DNA from: Hormiphora californensis
Taxonomy: Eukaryota; Animalia; Ctenophora
Direction: 5' to 3'
NCBI GenBank assembly: GCA_020137815.1
Contig: CM035359.1
Location: 2,232,001 to 2,296,000 of the forward strand
Length of the DNA: 64,000 nt
A program made the position numbers and the translations under genes. Shown piece by piece: positions 12,142 through 25,599 of this stretch (positions are counted from its first letter, which is position 1; the number at the start of each line of letters is the position of its first letter). The notes beneath the pieces were generated by a model. It saw only the letters and a program-made list of their open reading frames with translations, was not told where the DNA came from and made no database searches.

Positions 12142-14235
12142 GAGAGGAGAGAGAGAGAGAGAAAGAGAGAGAGAGAAAGAGAGAGATAAAGGAGGAAATA
12201 AGAGAGCATTATATCTTGCGGGTGCTCACGTACATTTGTGAAAATAGAACAATAAGATAGTATCTCATAGGGTGCGGCCGGAATGAATCTATAGGTCTGA
12301 CGTCATCTTAGCGGTTCTATCGACAGAGGACAGACAACAATAATTGGCCCTCATTTTATCGGGCGAGATTTGGTCGCTGATGGTATGAAGAATTTCTTTT
12401 TTTTTTTTCTACACAGTTCTACACGGGTACATTGGTAGCTGTGCAGCTCAACACCTAGAAACAGTACCATTAGGTCATCTCTCACAGACACACACACACA
12501 GGATCACCACATACAACTATTCCCTTTCTCTCCACAATCCCTCATTCTAACGAACGGACTCTCTTTACTCTCATTCTCAGGAACCAACTCTCTTCACTCT
12601 CATTCTAGTCGTTTTCTCCCTCTCTCTAAAATTCTCCCATTTGCTCTCGATTCTCTCATTGAAGCCTTTTTCTCAAATAGAAACACAAGTACACAATGTC
12701 CTCACTACACCGTCATTTCCCCCCCCCCCCCCCCCATGCATGGCCTGCCGGCCATATATTCCATGAAAAAATGAACTTACGATGATTGAGCGTTTCTATC
12801 GCACAGGGCGCTGAAAAGAGAGTTCTGTTCGAGGGACGATTGGCTAAGATGAAGCATTGAGAGAGGGTTCTTCTTCAACAGAGGGAGGTTGTTGAGGGAG
12901 GCAGCCGCTCCCCCCGACGCGGCCAGTGAGGAAACTAACTGTTGTAACCGTTGTTCACTCTCTCCAACGCCATTAACAATTGCTGCAGCGTCGAGGGGTT
13001 CAGTTTTAACATCAGTTAGACCAGCTTTATAATCGATTGTTTTGTTGTAGAGAAGCGATTCTTGGAGCTGTTTGATGATGTCCAGTTGAGCGTCTTTACC
13101 ACCGAGCAAATTTGTAATCAGACCCGGGTCTTTGTTGGGTAACACAGGAGGAGAATCGGACGTCCGGCCTAGAAAGGACCCAAAATCGTTTGATCGTGTT
13201 GGACCACCACCTCCTCCTGAACTTGTTGTGGTGACGGTAGCAGGTGAAGTTCGGCTGATCTCAAGGGCTTGTGATACGGTGTCCAGTTCCCGTTGTAGCT
13301 GGGAGATAGTTTTATTGATGTCTGTTAGGTTGGCGGGTGGAGCTGTTTCTGAAGAGGACGAAGAGCATTCTGATGTACGGTGGTGCATGGCTGCCAGGCT
13401 GAAGCTAGGGATGTTAGCTGGCATGCTTGTGGAGGTGGGCATGGTAGCCGCTAGTTGGGAGAGTACCACTTTTGGGGAGAAACTGGATCCAACTGTTGGT
13501 AAAGGTGAGGACGTCGTGGGTAATCTGAAAGAAATAACAAAAATTAAAACAAATAATATATATTTGAGTGGGTACTGAACAATTTAAAAAAAAAACAATT
13601 TAAAAAAGAAATCAAAAATCACACTTACTCTGGTTGAACTTCATTAGTCTCCATATCAAGAATCTCCTCCTCTTCCTCGTCCGGATGTTGTCGAGGAGAT
13701 GAGGAGGTTTCTACTGATGTCTTGGTTGGGCCTGCTGATACAACCTCAAACACTGGCGTCAGCTGTTCCACTGTAAGAGAAAATGGAAGGTTAGTAATAT
13801 AGTTGATTTATGATGGAATATTACATATCCTAGTGAGTAGTGCCGGCTCTGCGATATTCCCATGTGGGTTTGCCCAGCCACTCTGTAGATAGATAGATAG
13901 ATGGAATATTACTATGACGACTTGAAGATTAATTGTAGGAATATTAATTGCACTGGTTTGGGTAGTTGGCAGCCTACTTGGAGGATTCTCTAGTTCAAAC
14001 AAATTGGCGGTTAGTGCTTTTAACACCAGGGTGACAACAAATAAAGCTGCAGCGTGCCGACTTCTGAGTGGTTTCATAAAGGCTCACCTATTGATATGAC
14101 ACGCATTGTGGTGTCGAGTAGAAAGTATAAAAAGTCATTGTCGCTCTTCTGTTGGAACCGAAACTCAAGTTTTTGTTTGTGATACAAGGAAAGTACGCTG
14201 GGATCATCTGCTTTTATCGTCAAAACTTCTGCCAT
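11242..14235 (-). CDS. shared 5' exons of a putative transcription factor (exons 14235-14088, 13770-13629, 13524-12781, 11321-11242)
   Basis: GT-AG junctions with consistent phases 1,2,2,1. Protein: MAEVLTIKADDPSVLSLYHKQKLEFRFQQKSDNDFLYFLLD..., acidic and S/T/P/Q-rich middle with a short coiled coil and VKTEP SUMO-like motif. Last shared donor at 11242 is phase 1. A possible phase-2 cassette exon lies near 12010-11923 in noisy sequence. Confidence 0.75.
11341..11560. repeat. telomere-like GGGTTAGG minisatellite in an intron
   Basis: Repeats of GGGTTAGGGCAGGATTAGGACTGGGACA and variants. Confidence 0.85.
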
Positions 14236-15013
14236 CTTTCTAACGTTTCCTAACGATCAGTTAAAATAAAATTAGTAATCAATTTAAAACTGAAAAATAT
14301 TTTCCATGCGTATTGCGTGTGGTCTCTCCTGGTTAATAATAATAATAAGTTTCTGGATAGTGGATGGGGTGCACCCCTGGTCCCGGCCGGTGCGATCTTG
14401 AACTTTATTATGGTTCACTATGACTTATGAGCATTCTCGGAAATTTTCAGGTCGGGCACATTCAGGTCAAACCCACAAATCACAGCTAATAACGTGCGGG
14501 TCACATGTGCGCGATGGAGCTGTTCTGCGCTGTGATTGGTTGAAACTGTTCACGCTGTGCCTGACATGAACACGAGAATGTTCATTAGCATCAATTTTTA
14601 GCAGCGGCCAACGGGTAGCGAAGAAGAAGCTGCCGAAGAGCGAAAACTCAAAACCGAAAGCCGAAAGGGTGGTTACTGGTTTTGAATTTTGACGCTTAAC
14701 TTTTTCGAGTTTCGCGACTTGAAATTCACAGTTTTTAACGACGCGACGCGCACCCGAGTCCTGCAGCGCATACTAGGAAGAAATTGCGCTACGCGAAAAT
14801 AAACGTGACACGCGGATGATTGCCGATACGCAGTGCGGCGCGGCGCATAGCTTGGATGGTGCAGATTCACCATTTTTCCAGGTGCGATCTTTTTCTTTCT
14901 TTCTTATTTTTTAGCAAAAATTGCAATTTTGGGGGCCCTTTCACCATCAAACCGGTCTCTGGCTGCACCGAAAATCACAACAATCCTTGGAAAAGACATT
15001 CAGATCATCGAAA
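14236..15013. promoter_or_regulatory. probable bidirectional promoter between the TF gene and LRRC58
   Basis: Divergent start codons about 780 bp apart; CpG-rich core near 14740-14860; ATTGG (CCAAT) box near 14535. Confidence 0.5.
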
Positions 15014-18000
15014 ATGGATATCAACCTCAGCAACAGAAGTTTATCACATTTATCCTACACGGATCTCATGGCATCAGTGAAACACTTGGACTTGTCGAGA
15101 AACCAAATCTCTGAAATTGACAGTGTTTTTCGGAAATTGAAGCGGCTTGAACGGTTAGACTTGTCAGATAATCAGATCGGGTTTTTGTCATCAGAATTAA
15201 AATGCCTGCGGTTTTTAAAGACAGTAATCATTAAAAAGAATCGAATAAAATCAGTTGCTATTGACTTTGGTGTGTCACAGTCGATCGAGAAGCTCAATTT
15301 GGCAGGTATATTTGTACATTTAACGCATTCATCAAGCAAATCCAAATTTCAATTACTTTTAGGTAATCAACTGTTGGAGATGCCGATTCAGTTCACTATG
15401 TTAACTCGATTGGTTCATCTTAATCTGGGAGCCAACAAAGTAACAGCCATCCCCCATACAATATCACAACTTATGAGGTATATAATTAAGTGGTATATAT
15501 TGGCTTTATCTGGTAGCAGGTTTCATTGCACCAACTTGTCTTGTAATATCTTATTTGGCTGACTTTATATTCTTCAAACAACTGTCAACTACTCGTTCAT
15601 CGTCTCACACATCTGTTTCACTTTTTCAGTTTGGAGTATTTGTATTTGGGTGGAAATAGAATTATCTGTCTCCCTATTGAAATGGGTTATCTACCTCGTT
15701 TATCAGCGCTATATCTTCACAATAACCGGATACAGCATGTTCCACCTTCTTTCAGGTATAACACATTAAATTACACAATTCCTTGGAGTTGAAAAATTTG
15801 AATTTTGATAATTCAATTCCGCAGGTTTTTGAGGAGCCTGAGGACTCTCACACTCCACAACAACAATCTAAAGTCCCTTCCTCATGGTCTAATGGCTCTT
15901 AAAAACTTGGAATCCCTAACAATACGGTAAAAAAACGAGTTCCTAAAGTCATATCTCACCACCCCTGATACATATTTGTCTTTTTGACAAAACGAGGGTT
16001 TTGCGCTTGAATTGACAGTGAATATTGATTTACATATACAGTGACCAAGAACCGACCGAATCAGGAAATACTGGTCACGTGACCTAAATAACGAGTTCTG
16101 ATTGGTTGCTTACTTGTTTCGGTCGGTTTCTGACAGTGACCGTCCAATATTCCAGGCAAAATCCTCTGGTTCAAGACTTCGTTCGAACGTTACCCTCAGG
16201 ACCACCTACACTGCAGGAAGTGGCCGGTAGACTCATTAAAAATCTGGGTACATATAATCATAATGTGGTTTGTTACTGTGTTAGTAAATAGGGAGTCGAT
16301 CCCAATGGGAGAACTTTACAGAGAACTCGAGTTTTGTTTTGGATAATGTGCATTGTGTATTCAGTATTGTGTGTTGCACCCGTCACATCTTCTTGGTTAC
16401 GAAGTTACCCCTTGCCAGCGTGCACAGAGTGTGAGGTGTCTTCGATACCAACGCATCTCCGCCCCGTGATGACATTGTTGTAGTTATCTTGTGAATAGGC
16501 AGCATGACAACTTAGGGGCAAAGCTTGGGTGGCTGTGTAGGTAGGCCTGTTCGTTTGTTTGTTACGACGACGGTCCGTGGAGTGGACACAAGCTTGTCTG
16601 TCTGTTTTGTTTGTCCGCTTCGGTTCCAGTTTATACACAAATGATAAAACATTTAGTCTTCTCTTTATCTAATAACGAACGTTGAAAGTAAAACCGCACA
16701 ACAAACAACAACAAAACAATAAATTAATTCATCCTCGGATCAATTCATCTTCGGATCCTCAAGTTCTTCTCATTCCTCTCTTCCTTCCTTCCTTCCTCTC
16801 TTTATCTAATATCTGATCTTGTATTCCTTTTTTTTCTCAGTTTTATATTTCTCTCTTTCTTTCTCTCTTTGTTTCGACTGTAATTACTTTCAGAGAAATA
16901 TATGATAGTAATTCTAAACACATCAAACCACGTCACAATTTACAGACGACGTGTTGATTGTAATAACAAACGTTAAACTCAGCTAATAGTAGGGACGAAT
17001 CTTAATTTTTTGACACACTATTTGGTGAAAAGCAAATTCCGGTTGTAACCCACCTATTTTGACCCGCTGAACAAGATCCCATTCATAGGTAAGGTCGAAA
17101 AATTGGAGAACATGCCCAAATCGGCCACGCCCTTTTACCTGTATTTTTAGCCTGTAGCCAAAAACATAAATCCTCTTAGAATAGGAGAAGAGACAAATCT
17201 GAAGGCACTAAAGTGATCAGCGCCCTCGCATTAGTGGGGGTAGGTCCCGGAATTAAGTCTCTATCTCATCTGGTTTTCGATGAGCGAAAAACGGTAAAAA
17301 GCCCGATTTTGAGCATCGTTTAAGCCAAATAACGGCTAAACGGTTGGAGATAGAGCTTAAAAGTCCGACGTCGACCCCCCATAACTTGGCTATTGCCTAC
17401 AAAATGGCGCCAGTGAAAAGCCTCTAAACCATTCCTAAGTGGCTATAGCCATATAGCCAAAAAGCGGTTATGCGCAAACCTAATTATCCAATTATCTAAT
17501 TAACCAGATGAGATAGAGACTTAATTCCGGCACCTACCCCCACTAATGCGAGGGCGCTGATCACTTTAGTGCCCTCAGATTTGTCTCTACTCCTATTCTA
17601 AGAGGATTTATGTTTTTGGCTACAGGCTAAAAATACAGGTAAAAGGTCGTGGCTGATTTGGGCGTGTTCTCCAATTTTGCGACCTTACCTATGAACGGGA
17701 TCTTGTTCAGCGGGTCAAAATAGGTGGGTTACAACCGGAATTTGCTTTTCACCAAATAGTGTGTCAACCACTTCTTTTTATAAAATCTAAAAATTAGATA
17801 CAAATCTCAAACAAACGAAAGTATTAAACAATCAATTACATACAAAGTACAGAAAACACGTACACGCAGTGTTCATTTCTCATTCCTAGTTCTCTCTCTC
17901 TGTATCTACAATTCCAGATATATTCACACAAACACACACACACACAAACAAACACACAAACACTCAGTCCTCAGACACACACACCTGCCACTATCTGACG

Positions 18001-20507
18001 TCACAAAACACCTGTGTTTTCATATTACAATTTTGTGGGTGTGTCGGTGTGTGTACGTGTAAATGTGAAGTCCAAGTTTTTAACCTTTTTCATGATACAG
18101 CATGTTAAATAACTACACAATGCAGTCTTTTGTGAGACAAGTTCATCTTGTATTCGTTTGTGTCGTTCACATGCATTGATTACATACCGCGTGGCCCAAA
18201 TTAAAGGGAGGGTACGTTGGCCTTCTTTTCACCCAGAAGTTTAATTTCAATCACTCTGATATTTTGACACAATGTCTGCATGGTTACTCATTCGAGGAAT
18301 CCGAAGTTTCAGCCCTCTGGATAAAAGTTCATTTTTTTCGACCGAATGAACATTGTATGAACACCAATGTGGGACCATATTTCGGTACCAAAGTTTCACA
18401 AATTTGTTTGGCTATCGATTTCCTTTCGAATGGGACCAGATTGAGCTTAATTGGATCACCACAAGAATCACAGTGATCCATTTTCTAAGCCTAGGGTAAG
18501 TCATGTGATCCCCATCAAATTATGACGTGTTAGCAAGAGAGCTTACATTTTAACGGATGCTGTATCGGTACACCATCCTCATTAGCAGACGTGATACGTG
18601 ATACTCGTCCGTTACACCTGCTTATTGGCACTTAGTAATGACGCTATCGTCTCATTAGGTATCAGATGACCAAACCTAGGGTTAGATAACTAGACACGGT
18701 GTCTCTTGTGGTGGTCCAATTGAGCTCAAATTAGTCGCGTTTGAAAGGAAATCGATACCCGAAGGCGACTGTGAAATTCCGGTTCCAAAAAGCATTCCTG
18801 TTTTCAAGTTCATTCAGGATTCATTCCGGTCGGAAAAATGAATTTCAAGATAGAGAGCTTAAATTCCGGCTAACATCGACATTGATCAAGTGTAGTGGCC
18901 GTACAGATTTTTAGCGCCTGAATTTACCGATTTCTGGTCAAAACAGGTCAAAATCGATGTTTGGTAAAAAATATGATTTTTAAATAACTTATTTCACCCA
19001 CTAAACTTGATTCAATTTTAATAAAAATTCAGATTGCCATTTGTTGATACTTGCTCTATTGTATGGCGGTTTTTAAAATAATAAAATCGAATTTAATCGA
19101 GAGAAAACCTCAAAAAACCCGAAAAACGAAAAATTGAGTTCATTAATGAACTTTCAACTTTTATGATTTGAAACTTCGGATTCCTCGAATGAGTACCCAT
19201 GCAGACATTGTGTCAAAATATCAGAGTGATTGAAATTAAACTTCTGGGTGAAAAGAAGGCCAACGTACCCTCCCTTTAATTTGGGCCATGCGGTATATCA
19301 CGAATTAACCCATTGTTAGCAAGCATTATTTTCTGTCCTATGTAATTCTAAGAATCGTACATACTGCATAATTAAACAAAGGCATTGTTAAAGGCATTCT
19401 AATTTAGGCTACAAGTAATGTAGGTACGCGGTTTCTCTCTCTCTCTCTCTCTCTCTCTCCCCCTCTCTCTCCCCCTCTCTCTCTCTCTTTCTAAATATGT
19501 TTGTTGATTTAAGACCTATTATCTCCCAACACCACCCATTCCGCAGAAATCCCCTACTCGAAAGAAACACTACCCACTCCACTTGTTGACTACTTAGACT
19601 CTGCGAAACGATGTGTTAATCCGGAATGTGAGTGTGTCTACTTCGACACGCGAATAGAACATGTTGAGTTTGTGGATTTCTGTGGGCTTTACCGGATACC
19701 ACTCCATCACGTAAGTTTATGAGTTTATCCTCATCCCACTTACAAAACAACAAGCTTGGGCTGACCCTATTCTCGGAGCACGCGAGAACTGTGGTCAGAG
19801 CACTAGCCTGACCGAGCTTTACCGTGTTTCAGTTGCACACTGCCCTTTTCGGTTCGGAGAGGGACGTATTTTTGCCCAAAATATCGAGCCAGTTAACTTT
19901 TTACTTTTTTAGTGTGTGGGATTCCATTTAGTGGTATCCCAGCTAACACTGAAATTAGAGTTCTTTGCACATAAGGTATCATATAAGCGAGCGAGATGTT
20001 TCAGTCATTGCCTGACAACGAGAGATTTAAGTAATATAACTATTGCGTGTGTGTGAGTTTAAATTCTTGGAAATGCCGCTGCAAAAGTCACACCACGTAC
20101 GCTGCAAAAACACAGTGGAAGTTCAACTGGCGACTTAGTATTTGAATATGTCTGAATAGAAAGAGAGTGGAAGTGTAAAAGTCGCAGTGTCGTGACAGGA
20201 GAGCTGGTTTTGCTGATGCGGAGCGCGCGAGGTCTAGAGGGTAAAGTTCTGTGCGCGAGGAGTGGCGCGCAAGGAGTAAACAAACTGTGAAGTGTGTGTA
20301 AAAATAAAATTTTTGTACACATTTCTTTTTGTAAATCTAAACAAAACACACACTATAATTAGTACACATAAACTACAACCGTTACCCGATCTAACCCCAT
20401 TTCTTATCCCTCAGTATCTATGTTGCGACCACTCTGTTGACAACGACTCAGGACCAACCTGCTCTTATACCAATGCCGACCGAATGAGAAGAGTATTACT
20501 TGGGTAA
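15014..20507 (+). CDS. LRRC58: leucine-rich repeat-containing protein 58 (exons 15014-15305, 15363-15477, 15630-15755, 15825-15926, 16156-16247, 19547-19710, 20415-20507)
   Basis: Tandem LRRs, then PPTLQEVAGR, YLDSAKRCVNPECECVYFD..FVDFCGLYRIPLHHYLC and terminal MRRVLLG*, characteristic of LRRC58. All junctions GT-AG and phase-consistent. Confidence 0.92.
16046..16132 (-). mobile_element. family A hAT-like MITE, internally deleted
   Basis: 8-bp TSD ACAGTGAC at 16038-16045 and 16133-16140. Confidence 0.85.
17010..17767. mobile_element. non-autonomous DNA transposon with ~255-bp TIRs
   Basis: 17010-17263 is the inverse of 17503-17767 (CACACTATTTGG...CCAAATAGTGTG); no clear TSD. Confidence 0.8.
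18187..19293. mobile_element. Tc1/pogo-like non-autonomous element
   Basis: ~125-bp TIRs CCGCGTGGCCCAAATT...AATTTGGGCCATGCGG flanked by TA on both sides. Confidence 0.8.
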
Positions 20508-21193
20508 ACAGGGTTTTTGGCAACACGGCCTGTATGAGCGAGAATGGGATCCAAGATTCCAAGGACTATGTGGGAAAACTAACAGTAAAATGCTATGGGA
20601 GAGTAATTCAGGGTGGAACATCCTTTATAAATCACTGTCTGACGCTGCTTGTCTGGCGCCGCGGCCCATCTGAGCGCACTGGGGTATAGCTCCGCCATAC
20701 AGGGCGCTGCCAGACCCCAATTTGATTCTCAGTGCGCTTATAGATCGGGTTGGCGGCGCCAGACAGGTTTGTACGAATTGCATACATGTGAGCATTCGTC
20801 TGATTTTAAAATCATACAATTACTTATGTGTGTGCATGTTAGCAAACATTGATAATTTGTAACCAGACATTATTCCCTGGTTACGGATGGGTAATTTCAA
20901 ATTATTGCCCTCCAATTGTGTCCTCTCAGAGAGAGTATTTTTATTGGTTACGCGAAGTCACCCCTAATATTTCATTGGGGCGCTCGCACCAAGTATTTTT
21001 AAGGGACCCCCATTGGTTTGTCAATATCTCAACTGATTTGCCTGCAAAATAAAAAACTGTGTTTTTAAAGTGTTTAAATTGATTGTCCATATATATTATA
21101 AATACAATCTAGGGCACACAATCTAAAAGAAGCGATATACTGAGCAATAAACATATCGTAAACTCACTATCTCTCTCTCTCTCTCTCACTCTC

Positions 21194-21260
<67 letters not shown>

Positions 21261-21639
21261 ATCTCTATCTTGCTCTCGCAATCTCTATCTATACACCGTA
21301 CCCGTTAATCAAGCTACCTCGAAAAGCTACTGAAGGATTCTCAGCACCAAGATCTATTTACAATAAGACCACAGCGATGCATTGATAAACTGTACATCTA
21401 ACGAGAACTGTATGGCGGCGCCATACCCCCCATTCGACAGTGCGCTCAGATGGGGTCGGCGGCGCCAGACAGAACGAGAAGGGAATATTACTCGAGGAAA
21501 ATCATTCCTATTTTCTCTCCAATCCTCAGCTTATTTTAACTAACACATTACAACTACACAATATCACGGTCATGTGTGGCTCAATCATCCTTGAAACGCA
21601 TAACGGAGCTTGAAAACAAAATTCTAATGTACTAAATAT

Positions 21640-21748
21640 CAGGAACCGACCGGACCAAGTAAACAAGCAATCCAAACTCGTTATTTTGGTCACGTGACTG
21701 GTTATCAGCCAATCAGGGACCAGTATTTCCTGATTCGGTCGGTTCCTG
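21640..21748 (+). mobile_element. family A hAT-like MITE
   Basis: Full-length match to the family consensus. Confidence 0.85.
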
Positions 21749-22652
21749 GCACTAAATATCTAACTCTGCAAGTTATAGGAGAGAGACACAATACTATTAA
21801 TTTCTTTACATACATATCAGACAATTACTATATTACACCTCGCATCATGCTCATAAACTCAGCCGTATATTTTCAACAAGAGAAACACAAAAATCATCAA
21901 AACTTTAAACTCGGGTAAATCTTCTCAAATTTCTCTTCAAAATATCGCAAAATAAAACAATTTTTGATTTCTATAGGTATGTACGAACAGCATATATACT
22001 TATATATATTAGTTATTGCCCACTGCACAGTGACTTGTGTGTTCTAATATGTATTTTGTACTCCCTGACCCCTGAAGGAAGGGGGGTGTGACTCAGGGTC
22101 TTCGGAGCTCCCGGTGTACAATAGCAGGGGACACTAGCGTGGTACACACAAAAGAGGAACAGTGTTTCTCGAGTACATCCCTACTAGTATATTATGCACT
22201 AATTACATGCATAATTAAATTCACACTATCACAAATAAAAACAACATGCAAATAAAAAGAGGGGAACAGAGAGAGAGAGGTCCGAAAAAGCTTAAGGAGA
22301 CCCCCCCCCCTCTTTCAAAAATTACCCATCTTTTTCAAGACAATCTCTCTTTGTCTCTCTTAGTCTCTCTCTTTGTCTCTCTCCTTTTCACACAGTCTCT
22401 AACTCTAATATACATTATACATCTCTATAATATTAGCACCTCAAAAACATTTTAGGTTCAAAAATGAATGCATAATATTAGGTAATCAACAAAATATGGA
22501 TCAAATTCCCTCCTCCAATTTCTTTTCCAGTCTACTGCAGCTCACACACATTCATTACCATGTTCGATTCAAAGGTGACTACGCATTCAGTTAAACTCGA
22601 GCCCAGTACTGTATGTCATACGATATATTATAGTCAAATATTATAACTGGAT

Positions 22653-25523
22653 TCAGCTTTCAATATATCCAATTTCCTGAATTTCGTTTTCGAGCCGCTC
22701 GATCTCCTGCTTGGGTATCTTCATCAAGAGCCTTCAGTCGCTGGAGAAAGTGAGGAAAAGCTGTTAGATTAAGGGCTTTATAGATTGTGAGAACTGGTTA
22801 TCAATGGTCTGTAAAATTACATAGTTATTTGATTTTGGGCAATATACGCCATATAATTGGGAGATTATTTGAAATAACGGGCTCAGGAAGCTTGTAGTTG
22901 TCGAAGAAGAAGAAGAAGAAGATATGGGCTAGAGCTGTCTAGCGCCGCCGACCCCATCTGAGCGCACTGTCAATTTGAGAATCGAATGGGGGTATGGCGC
23001 CGCCATGTAACAGGGCTAGAGTAGATGGTGGAGCTGGACTATGGCAGATCTCCCCTGAAACCAAGAACCGACCGAATCAGGAAATACTGGTCCCTGATTG
23101 GCTGATAACCAGTCACGTGACCTAAATAGCGAGTTCTAATTGGTTGTTTACTTGTTTCGGTCGGTTCCTGCTGGAATGTTAGGTGGAGATCTGCCAGGTA
23201 GCGGGGACGAGAATGTATTATAGGGAAGAAAGGGGAAATTAGATTTGCTCAATCTTTTATTATTACTGATCGCCCCTTATATAGCTTTAAATTAAATTAA
23301 TAATTGTATGTAAACGCATGGTGTTTTAATACAATATAAATGTTATGTGCTATTGAGTTAGTTAAATATAAATCAGATGAACTTGTTACCATTTTACAGA
23401 CACACCAATATAATACACACTGGAAATAAACAGGGAAACTTCAAAATTGGACAATAAAGATTCGTGAGAAATTCGTATAAAATGTTCAAACAGCTTACAG
23501 CACTACTAAAATGGTGAAATAAGAGTATTAAAATATACCTTGAAGTAGGATTGATCCGCTAGTTTAATTTGCTCCTTGTGCTCTGCCACAACTTGCTCTC
23601 GCCTGATCTCTTGGTTTCGTTTCAACTGTTCAGAGAGGGAAGTTGTTGAGTAAAAATTGTCGGGAAACTAGAGCAGAGAAATTAAAGGGAAGCAATTTTT
23701 GCTCTGACAGTAACGGAGGAGCTAGTTCCAGTACCTTAACAATGTCTCCATCAAGTTTCTTGTCGGCCTTCTCATCGACCTCCTTTCTCTTCGCTTCTAG
23801 CTCTGACTTGTCCTTAATCTCCAGACTGTACTTGGCCATTGAATCAACCTGAAAGCGAGAGGTTGTTCAAACACATGTGCATGGGTATTGAATTTATTTG
23901 GGCATTTAGCCCAGGAAACAAACGGGCGGTTCAAAATCAATTTGAGATAGTGCGTGACATATAAACTTTTAACATGATAATTCTAAGTACTTTGAAAAAC
24001 AGAGAAGAATTGATTCCCGGTTGATAAGAGATGACATTTTATTTATTGAGGAACTGACCTTTTCTCTTTTCCTCAGATTCCAGCTTACTCGTTTTGTTCT
24101 AAGACGGTGCGTTTCAATTTCAGCGGGACCTGTATTCTTCGTGTAACTATAAGAGGCAATTTGTTCTGATAACAGTCAGTTAACTTAACAATTCCTCATC
24201 AATTGCTCTTCGGTTCTAACCACCCCTCTCTACCCCCTTCCAGCTCTACTCCCTTAATCTCCAACTGTACTGCCCTTGAATCAACTGAAAGCGAACGAGT
24301 TGTTCAAACAACAATATTCCTATCTCCAACAAGCCATTTCTAAACTAATAGAACCTCCTTCTTCTTTTCTAACGAGTCTGCTTAACCTCTAACACCATCG
24401 ACACTTCTCGATTTCTCTACTCTTGCATCTCTGACCTGTAAAATCATCTCTAACCTTGAACTGACCTTCTTTACCCTCATTCCCAGCTTAACCATCGCTT
24501 TTTCGTTCAACTGGTCCTCGAACGATTGCCACCACCATTTACGCCTACTCATCTTTGTTTCCATACGCAAATGAATCTTAACTTCTTTAATCATCCATCT
24601 TACTCTAACCTGCCCCCATCTCTAACCACCCCATCTCTAACCTCTAACCATCCCATCTCTAACCTCTAACCATCCCATCTCTAACCTCTAACCACCCCAT
24701 CTCTAATCACCCCATCTCTAACCTCTAACCATCCCATATCTAACCTCTAACCATCCCAATTTCTAACCTCATCATGATTTTCTTTGATAAGCTTCTTCTT
24801 CAATTCGAGGACTTCATTCTTGTGAATCTTTTCGAACTTTAGGCTCTGAATCTTGTGAAGATTCTCAATATTCTTAACCTGAAAGAGAGATAGATAGAGA
24901 TAGAGGAATGGGGACAGAGATAAAGAGAGATAAAGATAGAGGGGTGGGACAGGGAGATAGGTAGAGAGTTAGAGTGTGAGAGAGACATATTAATGTTCAT
25001 ACTTTATACGAACAAGGCAAGGGGAGGGACTAGGGAGGGTTGTTTTGTTCAAACCCGGGGCGCGGGGAGGGAGGGTCGAACAAGGGGAGGGGAGGGGGGG
25101 CAAGGGGAGGGGAGGGAGGGTCGAACAAGGCGCGGGGGGGGGGGGGGCTCAATTGCTATATACCTCTTTAGCTTGTTTCTCGTCGAATTTCTTCATATAC
25201 TTATCAAACTCTTCTTGGCTATCACTGAATGGAAATATATAATGTTAGTTGGCGATGGAGTGCTGTACAGCCAAACCCCGATTTACCGGAACAGCTCTGC
25301 GGTTTCCCGATTCAATTCGAGGTTTGACTGTACACAAGATTTATACTATAGTTCATATATTGCTTCACTTTACTGGTATTGCATCACCCAAACAACATGC
25401 ACACACGGAAAACAAGCTAGGTTTGTACATGCTAAATCGGGTATATATATATTGATCATACAAGATTTATGAGGGGGTGCTGTGCTCTGCTGTCGTAAAA
25501 AGTGTGAGAGAGATAGGAAGAGT

Positions 25524-25599
<76 letters not shown>

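Noticed and set aside
11756-12260. RE/SL-repeat ORFs
   Set aside because: Translations of (GA)n microsatellites.
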